A stretch of 64,000 nucleotides of DNA from the human T2T-CHM13v2.0 reference genome, Homo sapiens (GCF_009914755.1 NC_060937.1); one strand, 5' to 3'. Positions 1 through 16,695 are shown, numbered from the stretch's first letter. The notes: generated by a model from the letters alone, not told the origin. Translations and numbers: made by a program.

Positions 1-1827
<1,827 letters not shown>

Positions 1828-2362
1828 GTATCCATCGGGGGCCTGGGCGTGAGCCTGGTGCTTGGTGTACACCTCAAGTCGAGTGTCTACCTGGGGCCTG
1901 ATGTCCATCTGGACACTGGTGTCCACTTGGGGCCTGACGTCCACCTCGAGCTGGATGGTCCTCTGGGGTCAGGGTGTCCACCTGGGGCCTCCTGTTCACC
2001 TTGGCCCTGGTATTTACCTGGGGACTAGACATCCACTTGGGGCCTATGTGTCCACCTGGGACCTGACATACAGATGCCCGATGTCCATCTGGGGCCTGGT
2101 TTCCACCCGGGACCTGAATGTACCTGGGACCTTGTGTCCACCTGGGGCCTGGTATTAACCTGGGCATCCACCAGGGGCCTGGTGTCCACCTGGGGCCTAT
2201 GTGCCAAACTGGGACCTGATGTTTATGCAGGGACTGGAGTCCACTTGACTAGGGCCTGGCATCAACCTGGTGTCTGATGTCCAGTGTCCACCTAGAGTCC
2301 AGTGTCGTTTGGGGCCTGATGTCGTGCTGGGGCCTTGGTGTCCACTAAGGCCTTATGTCCAT
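1828..2362. repeat. GC-rich ~18-bp tandem satellite (cctggggcctgrtgtcca)n, HSAT5-like
   Basis: About 30 degenerate copies of ggggcctg..gtccacct; explains the repetitive ORFs (GPDVHL / STWGL) in all frames. The HSAT5 name is from memory. Confidence 0.75.
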
Positions 2363-2989
2363 GGTGGTGGGGAAGAGGTGGGAATCCTTGTCCCCATGGG
2401 CCCTGCCCTCTTCCTGGGGAGAGCGGGCAGGGAGTTTCTGTGCCCCCACCCCTCAACATCCAGGAATTCACCCTTCTGCACATGTGGTGGGGAAGGCGCC
2501 ATTTTTGCCCACTTGGTGCCCAGTTAAGTTGCCCCGACTGCTCTGCTCAGGGTGTGAAGATCTCAGGTGGGTGCTGGACTTGGGGCCCCGAAGCTCCACC
2601 CCGCCTGACTCCCTGCGGGAGTGGGCTCGTGCCTATGAGCTAGAGCATGGCCGCCGGGGGTCTGTGTGACAAGGCAGAGAATATTAGTATATACAAAATT
2701 TTTATACAATTGGAATGATACTGGTAGTAAAATTAAAATGCAATACAATAAGATTACCTTGCAGGGGCATGGTATTTTAGATTTGTTAAAGTGATTTCAT
2801 AGGGATGATCTTATTTCAGTCTCATAACAGCCTAGTGATTTGGTAGGGAATTGTGAATTTCATTATACAGAGAAGGAAACTGGTGTCCAGAAGAGTCCAG
2901 CAACAGCCCATACTTCGTTTAAATCCCGGTGGCTCCCAGCTCTTACTTATTCCCCACGACTGAGTGCCTGACACAAGTATAGGACTTCA

Positions 2990-3736
<747 letters not shown>

Positions 3737-6078
3737 CCCCTCAAACCTCATTTCCTTCTTCCTCCTTCTCTTTCTTTTCAGAAGAGGAACGCTGCTTCTA
3801 CCCTACCATTTGGGGAGTAGCACCACCTGATGGAAGAGAACATTCTTCGGTCTTCTCCTCACCATGGCTTGAGAATCGCATAATCTCGCTGTGCCCAACT
3901 TTCCTCATCCCTAAACAGGGCCAGCTTGCCTTATCCATGAACTGTATCACCGCAACACCAAACTGAGCTGTGTTCTAACAGCATTTAGTCAACTGCAGAC
4001 GGTTTTTGCAAATATTAGATGCTACTACTTTTGCTGACCTAATATTTTTTAACACATGAAGTGACATGAAATGTGTTCATGATATTCTCTGCCCACTGAT
4101 TCATGACCTCCTCTCATGCTTCAGGGGTCAAAACAATCAGTGCTGTCCAGCAGCTGTTAGGGACAGGGGCTCCCCTCCTCCCCAGCTTGGAACCTCAAGC
4201 CACTGCCCACAGCTAGCAAGCAGATGTGCCACGCAGTGACCTCTTGGCCTTCCCAGCAAAAATATCCTATTTTGGCATATGGGCTTGACCCACAGTAGGA
4301 AAACTTGGCACTACTGTACATATGACCTCATTTAAGGAGTAGGAAGATAAACATGCCAGCTGCACTTACTCACTGATGGGAAAAGTTCTTTGAGTTACAC
4401 AGTTTCAAACAGGAACAGCCAGGAGACTGGGGACTTAAATCATAACTATTGTATAAATAATGGGAGCTGTTCCCTGAGCTAAACGCCGCCCTTTGGCAGA
4501 GGTAGAGCCTTTTGGCAGAGGGAGGCAGGAGAAGAGTGTGGGAAGTGAAGAAGTTCCTGAGGTGACAAAGTGAATTGCACCGGAGAGAAGGGGGGATAAA
4601 GCTGCTTCCCAGAAACTAGCACAGCAACACCTGGCTGGTCCCCGAGGACGAGGACGGGACAAGAAAGGCCTCTCCTGCAGGAATGAGGTTAAAATACAAT
4701 CAGGAACCACACGAATACTCTATCTCCTCTGATATGCTGTCTTGTCTGTTTGTTTAAGAGTGTCTTTGGGACTAGTAAAGCCCCTCTTCCCTGAAGGATT
4801 CCTTCGCTTTTCATAGTTTTCAGTGCTGCCGTGTTCACAGACACGCCTCTGCAGCTGCACCTGGCAGAACAGCTTGAGTTTCCCTAGAAACGCTCTTTGA
4901 GAAAGGAATAGAGGCAGAATTGCCCTTGGTGATCTCCTAAGAAATGGGGTCCATGTTCATCTGAAGATGGGAATGAAAAATTCATCCTTTTGGTTCAACC
5001 AAATTCATACATGGCCAAATCCTCTGGAATATGGTGAAAGCTGACCCTTGAAAGCCGCTATCATTACAAAAACAAGGAGCCAAATGCAGACAGACTTCAG
5101 GCCCACAGAACGCCTCCATGGGAATTATCAGCGAAGTAATCATCTCACTCTCCTAACTTCAGGAGAAAATATGAGTCAGCAAAGACTAAATTGGTTTAAA
5201 AATAGAATATTTGCAAAATGGAAAAGTCGGATGAATTCACGCTATAAATCAATAGACCTTTAAAGGTAAGGCACAGCAAGCATTTTGGATGACATTAATG
5301 AAAGACCTGTGTTGGCATAGTGTGCTGCAGGAAAGGTCGGGGGTCACCACAGCCAGTACCAGACCTTAAATATAATCCTGAAATTAAATATGTACGTAAA
5401 ATAGTTTCTAGAGCACAAAAGGTGAAGGTAAAGGAGAGTGCTACTGATCTTTTGTGTGTGTGTAATAAAGATTTCGATGTAAAATGTACAACAGAAAAAA
5501 TACTGTATTTCAATAATAAGAAAAATATATAAATTATTCCCCCAGTGCTCCAAATCCCTTCTGTGTCATACAAATCTTTCTCATCTACTTTGCTGAAAGT
5601 TGCTCAAGAATATCTTATTCACCTTTGACTCTCCTACTTAGGTTTATGGATACAGAAAGTATTCAATAAAGAGTGAATAATTTAGTCTCTTTAGCCAATT
5701 TACAGATAATAAAACTACACATATTTTGTATGTAGTTTATCTGGCCTCAGATTCTAGCTTGTCAACTGGCAGAGCTAATTGTGGAGGCAGGAGACTAGAA
5801 GGCTGGCACCGAAATAGAATCTCCCAGAGTCTTAGGTTTGCCTTCAAAAGCTCAATTATTCTCAAAGATAAAATTTTACATAAAAATAATATCACATATG
5901 AGTGAATTGTATGGTATGTGAATATCTCAAAGCTGCTAAATGAAATTTTAAAAATAGATTATATGACTAAAATATATTTGATGTTTAAGTGTCATTTCAG
6001 AATACATAATATCTTAATTGATATTATCTAATAATATTGACTTTTTGAAGGAAAAATAATATTCAATTATTTCTTTAA

Positions 6079-6471
<393 letters not shown>

Positions 6472-6715
6472 CGAGGTAGGGATTTTTAACCTATCATGAA
6501 TCCCATTTAAGAAGGAGGAAGCTGAGGCTGCAAGAGGTTAAGTGTCAGAACTAGTATGATGTGGAGCCAGGTTCCAAAACCCAGTATATCTTCCTCCAAA
6601 TACATTAAAATCTTGGGTACTTTTTATTACTATTCTTAGCAGGGACTCTCAGGAATATGACAGTAAAATGAACATAGATCTGTTCTTTGTAATCAGGATT
6701 GTCTCTGGATGGTCA

Positions 6716-7123
<408 letters not shown>

Positions 7124-7179
7124 CTAATATCCTTAAGCTCTAAGTAACTATCATTGATCAAGTAAAGCTCTGTTTATAT

Positions 7180-7318
7180 CATATTGCCAAATTTAGCAAA
7201 TAAAAATTATAAATATAAACATATACACCTTAAGTTTGAGTTTCAGATAAACCACGAATTATTTTTTAGTATGTTTATGTCTTATGCAATATTTTTTGTA
7301 TTTAATCTTGTAATCCTA
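7180..7318. mobile_element. MER53 (hAT MITE), internally deleted
   Basis: ttgccaaatttagcaaataaaaat...tttgagtttcagataaaccacgaattattttttagtat matches the MER53 arm. Confidence 0.65.
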
Positions 7319-9999
7319 TCAGGGTTTTTAAATGGTGAAATTTATCATTGCATTAAAAACAAGGAAAAAGGCTAAAGTAGTACTATGTGAAAATGTGCAC
7401 AAATTCTAGATACGTATAGAATTCAAATACTCCTTTCTAGCACTTAGTACTTTAATGAGGTAAGGATTTAAATGATCACCAATAATTATATTAGGATGGC
7501 TTTGATTTATTTTTAAATGTCATTTCAGAACACATTAAAAGGCTATGTGGACTGTAGAGCCCTTATTTTCTGCCCCAGATGACAAACTCATGGTGTAATC
7601 TCGAGCAGAATATTTAAAACAAATGTTTGTCTGGATGTAAGGTTATTATAATTGGACCACAGATCTCTCCTGACAAAACCCAGAACCAACGTGTCACCTT
7701 GGGTTTCACATCGTCGTCAATTTGAAGTGCCTTGAGGGGGATACCATGGTAGGAACAGAGCTCAGAGTTCAGTCTGAGAACTCAGTGATGCTCCCCAAGG
7801 GAATCGAGTCTTACCATCTAGTCAGTCTCTCCTTTTACTAATAAGAAATACTTGGGGTTCTACTCTCTCTTAAGGTTGCATTTTGTAATCTGCAAAATGG
7901 GGCTGCCTGTTTCATAAGGCTATTGTAAGAATCAATGAGATAAAAGCATTTAATTTGATCAAATAATTGTTGTAAACTGAGGCTACCCCAAAGAGAGCTA
8001 TCTGAATCATCTAGTCAGAACCTGAAGGAAATTGAAAGATTATTCTATGTCTCTTGCCTTAGAGATGGCGTTAAAAGGCTTTCTAATTAGCACAAAGAGA
8101 AGTCAAAGCAGGGCTGGAGCCACACCCTTTGGTCCCCAATCCAGTGCTTTTCCCAACTTCGCTATGTTCCCCCTTAGGTAGGGGTGAAACGGCCTCTCCT
8201 AGACGTTAAAATCTTACACAATATCCTGAGTGTGAGTTAAGGAAAGGAAAGACGGCAGGAGAAAGACACATAAAGTAGAAATTAAAATAGTAACAGGATT
8301 GTCATTGCAAAGAGCAAATTGCCACCCAGGCTGTCCAAGATCAGAATAGCAATGGGAATTGTCCTGACTTCCAATTTGGCATCCTCTGCATCAATCACAT
8401 TTAGTAGTCCTCATGTAGGCTCATGGTGGGAGTGGTCAATATCATCATCACTGCTGCTGTCTTAAAGGATTTAGGAAGAGTTGTACAAAGAGAATCGGCC
8501 TTCCTTCTTCCAAAGAATACTCCTATGGCAACATGGAAACATCAGCGTTCCTTTTATAGACAAGAGGGCTTAGAACAGTGTTTCGTGCATAGCAAGAACT
8601 GAATATGTATTTTGTACTGATCAGGACTCATTCAGATGCACTCAGCCAAAAGTTCATTTCAAAATTTATTCCTTTTGGGAAATGGTGCATGAACCACTTT
8701 AGCATGCTTCACCATGGTGGTTAGGTAGATGGTGGACTGAGTGAGAAAACGACAAAACTCTTACTAAATAGTGACACTGTGTGAAGAACCCTGCTAGGCG
8801 CCTTCATACAAATCACCTGGTTTCAACCCTGTGACCATTAAGTGAATAATTGTGTCATCTCTGACACAGGAGGGAACTGAGGCTCACAGAAGTTATGTGG
8901 ATTGTCAGGGGCTGCAGAGTAAGGATGTGGTAGACCTGAGATTGGAACCCGGGGCTTCTGGGGGCAAGTCCTGCGTAAAGCAATGGTTTTGAGATGCTTC
9001 AGATGTAAGCAAACCTTGGTCTTCAAGTTCTATAATTGGACTTTTCTTCCTATTATGTGAAGAATAGAAAACACTTAATCATGGAAAAGTTCTTATAAAC
9101 CAAGTAAGATTAAAGGAAAATAGGGTATGTAGAAAATCTGGCTTGCTTTGTTTGAAAGGGAGACTGAAGGAGTCTTTAAGATCCAAGGAGAAAAGAAAGA
9201 AAAAATTGCCCAAACAGCCCAGGAAGGAGAAGAAAGGATGAAAGGGACGGCTAAGGAGGATAGAGGAAAGGAAACTGGGGATCGTTGTCACAGCCCAAAG
9301 TGAGGCTTCAGGGCAAGATTAGGGAAGGCAGTCTGGATGGTCATAAGTAAAACTACTGGGACATCATGACCCTGCATTAACGTAGAATGAGTCTGGTTAT
9401 CAATGGGCAGCTTAAGAAAAACAGAATGGCAAATCTACTTGTCATGTGACAAATAAAATGGGATTGTCAATTATTTATTATTATTATTATTATTTTCATC
9501 CATGACCTGTGAATCAATTACTTTTATCTGCACTGATGGAGAAATGAAGAGTTCCCCTTCAAAATAACTTCAGAGCAGCTTGCGCTTGGGAAGCACGTGG
9601 ATTCAACCTGGCTTCTGCCTTTTACTTAAGCGGAATGGGCTTTATCCATCTTCAGGGGCAGAGAGAATTAAGATTAAAGCCAAAACAATTGATATGTTTT
9701 AATAGAAACAAATCCAGTCCTCTTCTCTGAGGTATTGACCTCGTTTTAAGGAAGAAAAAAAGACAGCGAGAGAGAGGTTTTGTTGCTAAAGCTGGAATAC
9801 TCTTTCAAAGAATCTAATGATCGCTTATTAGAATAAAATTAAATATGTGAAATATTTTTTAACTAAAAGCAGGATTTTCAAATATTATATAAGATAACCA
9901 TAACATATGGCATTGTTTGAAGGCATGCTGTTTAAAGTGAGAGCAATTCTGCAAATTAACCGTAAGCTACTTTGAGAATCCCATCTTATTGTTCAATAA

Positions 10000-10730
10000 G
10001 ACTCTGGACCCCACGCTGTGTTACTGCAACAGCTCCATTGTGGCGGTGCCTGGCAACCCGGGTGGAAATTAAAATGACAAAGCGGCTAATCCAGCATCTT
10101 GACCGCGGCAGATCTCTCTAGTCACCCTGCAGCCGCTCCTCACCCACAAATTCACAAGCAGCCAACCCAAACTGTACATTTTCAGAAGAGCTCATTACTC
10201 ACAGCTGTACAGCACGCTGAAGGCCCTCTCGTCTCTGTCCTCTCCGAAGGCGGGTATGTTAAAGGAAAGTGGCCCCTTACCTCCCCCAAGCAGCTGCAGT
10301 GGCCGAGCCCTGGTTTCCCAAGGCTCAGGGGACGGATGGCCAACAACACCATGGAGCCTGCCCGTCCCCAGGCCGCTCCTGCAGCTGCCCTCGCTGGCCA
10401 CCCAGCTGGAACCTTGGACTTACTGGGGGCTGTGGGCATCAGGGTCTCTCGGCCTTTGTTTTCCTCCAGTGCCATCAGCAGTTCCCAGCGTGACTGTCCC
10501 GCAGCCGCACTGGGTCCAGGCGGCTCCTGCCGCAGTCAGTCGCTCCCCCTACCCAGCAGCCTTTTTTTTTCTTCTTAAAGAGACAGGACTGTCATCAACC
10601 TTAGGTGTCAATAATGCTGCAAGTGCAGCATTGTCGTTCATTGTGGGGGTGACAACCAACCACACGTTTTTGTTCTCTTCACTTGCAAAGGCTAATTTTT
10701 AGCAGTAGGTATGGCTAACAGAAGACTGGC
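10000..10730. promoter_or_regulatory. Non-repetitive GC-rich segment, candidate enhancer/promoter
   Basis: Unique sequence with elevated GC and some retained CpGs; RFX half-site (cctggcaac), TAATCC, SOX-like cattgt/acaaag and TGACA motifs; minus-strand splice donors. Confidence 0.35.
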
Positions 10731-11928
10731 TCTATTAAACACCAGTTGTGTGACCTTAGACAAGTCACTCATGGGTCTCGAGTACCTCATGGGAAATGAA
10801 GACCTGTGACCTGGTAATGTTGTAGCTCACAATCTGCTTTTTGTATGTTATTTGGAGTTGTTTATGAGGTTCCAATGGTTAAAAAAAAAAGCATTCACTC
10901 AAAATGTGTGGTAAACTGTGAAATGCTATACAATTGATCCTGTTCTAAGTTGAAATTGCTAGTCTCAATTTAATAATACAAAATATTGTAACTCTATTTT
11001 CTTGCTTCCTCTGATGGGGTATGTGAAATACCACCAGCATTTATTTCATTTCGGCGCACAGCTATCCTGCCACTGGCCTGGGTACATCATATTCCTCATG
11101 ATAGTCTCCTAGTACAACTGCCTGCTTTATCCATATAAATCTAGAATTTTGGCTTATCTGGAAATACTGGATCTCGGAAGCTTCTTATTGCTTCGTTCCT
11201 GCGGAAAATTCCTCTTAAGTCAGTTCAAACAACTCCAGACCTGAAAAGGCTCAAATGATCTCTCCTGGGAGAAGACCAAAGCAAGCCCCAAATGTCAGCA
11301 GCAACTGGGGAAGGAGAGCCCCTGCTTCTTGTACCTGGCCCTGCACTGGTCTGACCCAGAAGATGCCACATCTAATGGTGTCTCCTTCACATCCTAGACT
11401 CACAGATTTGTGTACATATTATTTCCTGGGAGATAGGTGGGAAACCTGTTCTAACAAAAGGACTGAATAATCACAAACAAAGCACATTTCTATTGGGGAG
11501 AAATGGTGTCTTGCAGGGCCTTTTCATTGAGCTCTCACTGTAGCACCGTGTGGACCAACAGGCCCTCGGTGGCATGCGCCTGTGGAGTGAGGCTGCCTCT
11601 CTGAGGCTACCACCATTCTTACATGGTTCAGTTGTAATCAGTTTAATTCAGCACACAAATATTGAGCCCTTGCTTGTTCCTGGCATCAGCTAGACACCGT
11701 AGACTAAACGGTGAATACCCAGTATGTTGCTCCCCCAGCAGGCTCTTCTACTCACAGCTGTAAACCATTACACCCCCAAAGGGAAAAGTTATAAATAACT
11801 ACATATATATAAACTATATATATAATATATATGTATAGTTTTCAGAGAGGTTAGACGATTTTGCCTACCTACTCACACTACATAAAAGTATCCAGTGAAA
11901 TATTGATTATTCAGAAATAGTGTTGCTT

Positions 11929-12550
<622 letters not shown>

Positions 12551-12920
12551 TAGTGTTGCAATGTAGAAGTCAAAGCTTAAATACCCTTGTGAGCACTGCC
12601 TGTGATACACCTTGTTACTGTTACAACAAATTGCATGTGTTTATATGTGACTTTCTACACATTTGGAAGGTGATTTCATGTGCATTGCAAGCCCTTCACT
12701 ATGCCACTGTCCAGATACAATGGCACATGAAATAAACCATATGAGTTCATTTACACTTATGGTGCCATTTATGCTATTGGAATGTTGTTGTCAAAAGATT
12801 TAGACTTTGTCCTAAAAATTTAAGAAAGCAAAGATTTCTGGATAATTCATGAACCACAGATCTTCCACATTCTGGGCAAAGATTGACCGTTAACATACCC
12901 AAGTCAGAGGTCAATCTGTC

Positions 12921-13485
12921 TGTGATGGTTAATTTTAGGTGTCAACTTGACTGGGCTAAGGAATACCCAGATAGCTGGTAAAGCATCCTCTCTGGGTGTG
13001 TCTGTGAGGGTGTCTGCCAAAGAGACTAGCGTTTGAATTACTAGACTGGGTAAAGAAGCTCTGCTGTCACCCATGTAGACGGACATCATCCCACATGAGG
13101 GCCCAGATAGAGAACCAAAAGTCAGAGGAAGAACAAATTCTCTCCCTCTCTCTCCTTGAGCTGGTACATCCCATCTTCTCCTACCTTGGACATCAGAGGT
13201 CTGGTTCTCAGATCTTCAGACTCCAGGACTTACACCAGCACCCCACCTCATTCTCAGGCCTTTGGCCTTCTACTAGGATTTACACCATCAGCTCGCCTGG
13301 TTCTCAGGCAGTCAGACTCAGACTGAATCACACCAACAGCTTTCCTTGTTCTCCAGCTTGCAGATGGCAGATCAGGAGACTTACTGGCTTCCACAAGCAC
13401 ATGAGCCAATTTCCATAATAAATCCCTTCTTACATATCTATAAATATCTTTAGTTCTGTTTCTCTGGAGAACCCTAAGTCAATGT
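12921..13485 (+). mobile_element. MLT2B/C-type ERVL solo LTR
   Basis: Starts tgtgatggttaattttaggtgtcaacttgactggg; ends ttctgtttctctggagaacccta. Confidence 0.85.
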
Positions 13486-13866
13486 CTCCACCTTACCCTA
13501 AGCTGAGCCTAGAACATGAGAAAATATGACCTGGTGCCACGGCTGTCCAGAACCACAAAAGTGCAGCTAGAGGATGAGTCTCTGCCACTTGTCCAGAGGT
13601 TTCAAAGAGCTGCTGCAATATGCTGACTCCTTCCCCTGGATCCTCCCAGCTGCTGCTCCTACCGTGCCAGTCTTTCGTTCCAGCCATATCACGTGGCCAA
13701 AGCTCTGCTCACATGTGGCCTGGAGACCACATGGTTTTCTTGGCCTCTTCCTCAATCTGTATGAGGGTCAGATTTTATCAACTCAGAAAGGTTAGCAGCT
13801 CAACCTGAATGATACAAGCTAAGTCTCGGCATCTAGTCATAGTTTTGGAGTCTTAGCTTCTGTATC

Positions 13867-14388
13867 TGTGATGGTTAATATTGAGTGTCAACTTGATTGG
13901 ATTGAAGGCTGCAAAGTATTGTTCCTGGGTGTGTCTGTGAGGGTGTTGCCAAAGGAGATTAACATTTTAGTCAGTGGCAGAGGCAGATCCACCGTCAATC
14001 TGGGTGGGCACAGTCTAATTAGCTGCCAGAGTAGCTAGGATAAAAGCAGGCAGAGGAATGTGGAAAGATTAGACTGGCTTAGTCTTCTAGCCTACATCTT
14101 TCTCCAGTGCTGAATGCTTCCTACCCATGAATATTGAACCCCAAGTTCTTCAGCTTTGGGACTCTTGGACCTTTGGCCACAGACCAAAGACCAGGAGTCT
14201 ACGCACTGTTGGCTTCCCTACTTTTGAGGTTTTGGGACTCGGACTGGCTTCCTTGCTCCTCAGCTTGCAGATGGCCTATTGTGGGACCTCACTTTGTGAT
14301 CGTGTGAGTCAATACTCCTTAATAAGTTCCCTTTTATATATACATCTATCCTATTAATTCTGTCCCTCTAGAGAACCCTGACCAATAT
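13867..14388 (+). mobile_element. MLT2A (probably MLT2A2) ERVL solo LTR
   Basis: tgtgatggttaatattgagtgtcaacttgattggattgaagg...ctgtccctctagagaaccctgac. Confidence 0.88.
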
Positions 14389-14549
14389 CACCGGTTTTAC
14401 TAACTCACTGGCACATCATGCCAGCATGCTCAATAGTAATGATTGCTCTTGTCAGGGATTATAGAGATTAAATATCTACAAACCAGGAACTGTCTGGGAA
14501 AGTCACATGATTTTTGACCTTCAGTTTTTTCATCTGTGAAATGGGAATA

Positions 14550-16337
14550 GAAGCATACCTCGTTTTATTGCATATCACTTTATTGCACAATGCAGATTCT
14601 ATGTTTCTTACAAATTGAAGGTTCATGACAATCCTGCCTTGAGTAAGACTATTGGAGCCATTTTTCCAACAGCACGTGCTTAGTTTGTGTTTCTGTGTCA
14701 CATTTTGGTAATTCTCACAATATTTCAAGCTCTGATTATTATATCTGTTATGGTAATCTGTGATCAGTGATCTTTGATGTTGCTATCGTAATTGTCTTGG
14801 GGCTCCACAAGTGGCATCCATATAAGACGGTGAATTTAATTGACAAATGTTGTGTGTTCTGACTGCTCCACTGACCAGCTGTTCACTGTTTCTCTCTCTC
14901 TGTCTCTCCCCTCCTCTCTCTCTGCCTCTCTCTCTCGCTCCCACTCAGGCTTCCCTATTCCCTGAGGCACAACAATATTGAAATTATGCCTGTGAATAAC
15001 ACTACAGTGGCCTCTAAGTGTTCAAGTGAAAGAAATAATCACATATCTCTCGCTTTAAATCAAAAGCTAAAAATGAATGAAAAATGTTCATCATCAGTAA
15101 TCATCAGAGAAATGCAAATCAAAACCACAATGAGATAGCATCTCGCACAATCAGAATGGCTATTATTAAAAAGCCAAAAAATAATAGATGTTGGGGAGGC
15201 TGCAGTGAAAAGGGAACACTTATATACTGTTGGTGGGAATGTAAATTAGTTCAGCAATTGTGGAAAGCAGTTGGAGATTTCTCAAAGAACCAAAAACAGA
15301 ATTACCATTCAATTCAGCAGTCCTATTACTGGGTATATATGCAATAGAAAATAAATTGTCCCACCAAAAAGACTCATACACTTTGTATGGTCATCACAGC
15401 AGTATTCACAATATCAAAGACATAGAATCAACTTAGATGCCCATCAATAGGTGATTGGATAAAAAAAAGTGGTACACATACCAAGGAACAATACAGAGCC
15501 ATAAAGAAGAATGAAATGGAAGCAACTAGAGGCCATTATCCCAAGTGAATTAACGCAGGAACAAAAATCCAAATACTACATGTTCTCACTTATAAGTGGG
15601 GGAGAAGCATTGGTACACATGGACGTAAAGATAGGGGGAAAAAGACACTGGAAACTGCTAGATGAAAGAGTAGGGGAGGGGGCCAAGGGCTGAAAAACTA
15701 CCTATTGGGTACTATGCTCACTACCTGGATGATGGGATCATTTGTACCCCAAGCGTCAGCATCATGCAATATACCTGTGTAACAAACCTGCACATGTACC
15801 TCCTGAATCTATAGAGTTAAAATCATTTTTTTAAAAAGCTAGAAATGATTAAGCTTAATGTGCATAGCATGTCAAATACTAGATGGGTCAAAAGCTAGGC
15901 CTTTTAACTCCAAACAGATAGCCAAATAATGAATGCAAAGGAAAAGTTCTTGAAGGAAATTAAGTGTTACTCCAGTGAACACATGAATCATAAGAAAGTG
16001 AAACAGTCTTTTAATTGATATGAAGAAAGTTTTAGTGGTCTGAATAGAAGATCAAACCAGCTACAACATTCCCTTAAGCCAAAGCCCAATATAGAAAAAG
16101 GCCCTAATTCTCCTGAATTCTGTGAAGGCTGAGAAAGGTGAAGAAGTTACAGAACAGTTTGAAGCTACCAGAGGTTGGTTCCTGAGGTTTGAAGAAAGAA
16201 GCCATCTCCATAACATGAAAGTGCAAGGTGAAGCAGCACGTGCTAATGGAGAAACTTCAACAAGTTCTCCAAAAGATCTAGCTAACATAACGGATGAAGG
16301 TGACTACACTAAGCAACAGATTCTCAATGCATGTGAA
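14550..16337 (+). mobile_element. Tigger1 5' part (TcMar-Tigger) with decayed transposase, split by an L1
   Basis: gcatacctcgttttattg terminus; ORF 16122-16340 ([35 protein letters not shown]) is Tigger1/pogo transposase. Confidence 0.92.
15077..15833 (+). mobile_element. 5'-truncated older primate L1 3' end (L1PA15/16 or L1PB4-like)
   Basis: ORF2 C-terminus plus 3' UTR (gaaaaactacctattgggtactatgctcactacctgg); TSD aaaagctaRaaatga. Confidence 0.85.
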
Positions 16338-16506
16338 TAATATGGTTTGTCTGTGTCTCCACCCAAATCTTATCTTGAATTGTCGTTCCCATAATCCCTG
16401 CATGTCATGGGAGGGACCCAGTGGGAGGTAATTGAATCATGAGGGCAGTTACCCCCATGCTGCTGCTCTCGTGATAGGGATTTCTCACTAGATCTGATGG
16501 TCTATA
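16338..16506 (+). mobile_element. THE1/MST (MaLR) LTR 5' fragment
   Basis: tatggtttg..cacccaaatct..ttgaattgt..gggaggtaattgaatcatg; truncated. Confidence 0.8.
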
Positions 16507-16529
16507 AAAATAAAATAAAAATAGAAACT

Positions 16530-16695
16530 AGGACCAGCTACATAATTTTCAGGTCCCACTGCCAAATAAAAATACTGGGTACTTTGCTGAAAATTATTAA
16601 GAATTTTGAGATATTGGCAGTGGAGCATTAAACCAGGCATTGTTTAATCCCTTCTGGGCATGGGATCCTCTGTGACTTCATAAAGCCGGACCAGA
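16530..16695. mobile_element. MER91-like hAT element
   Basis: ccagctacataattt...aaaattattaagaattt...gagcattaaaccaggc pattern. Confidence 0.55.

Noticed and set aside
4486-4512. CTCF-like cgccgccctttggc (also ccttagagatggcg near 8058)
   Set aside because: Needs a gap relative to the core motif; too weak without ChIP data.
10099-10702. ORFs of 97-159 aa
   Set aside because: GC-driven, several with non-ATG starts, no recognisable homology.
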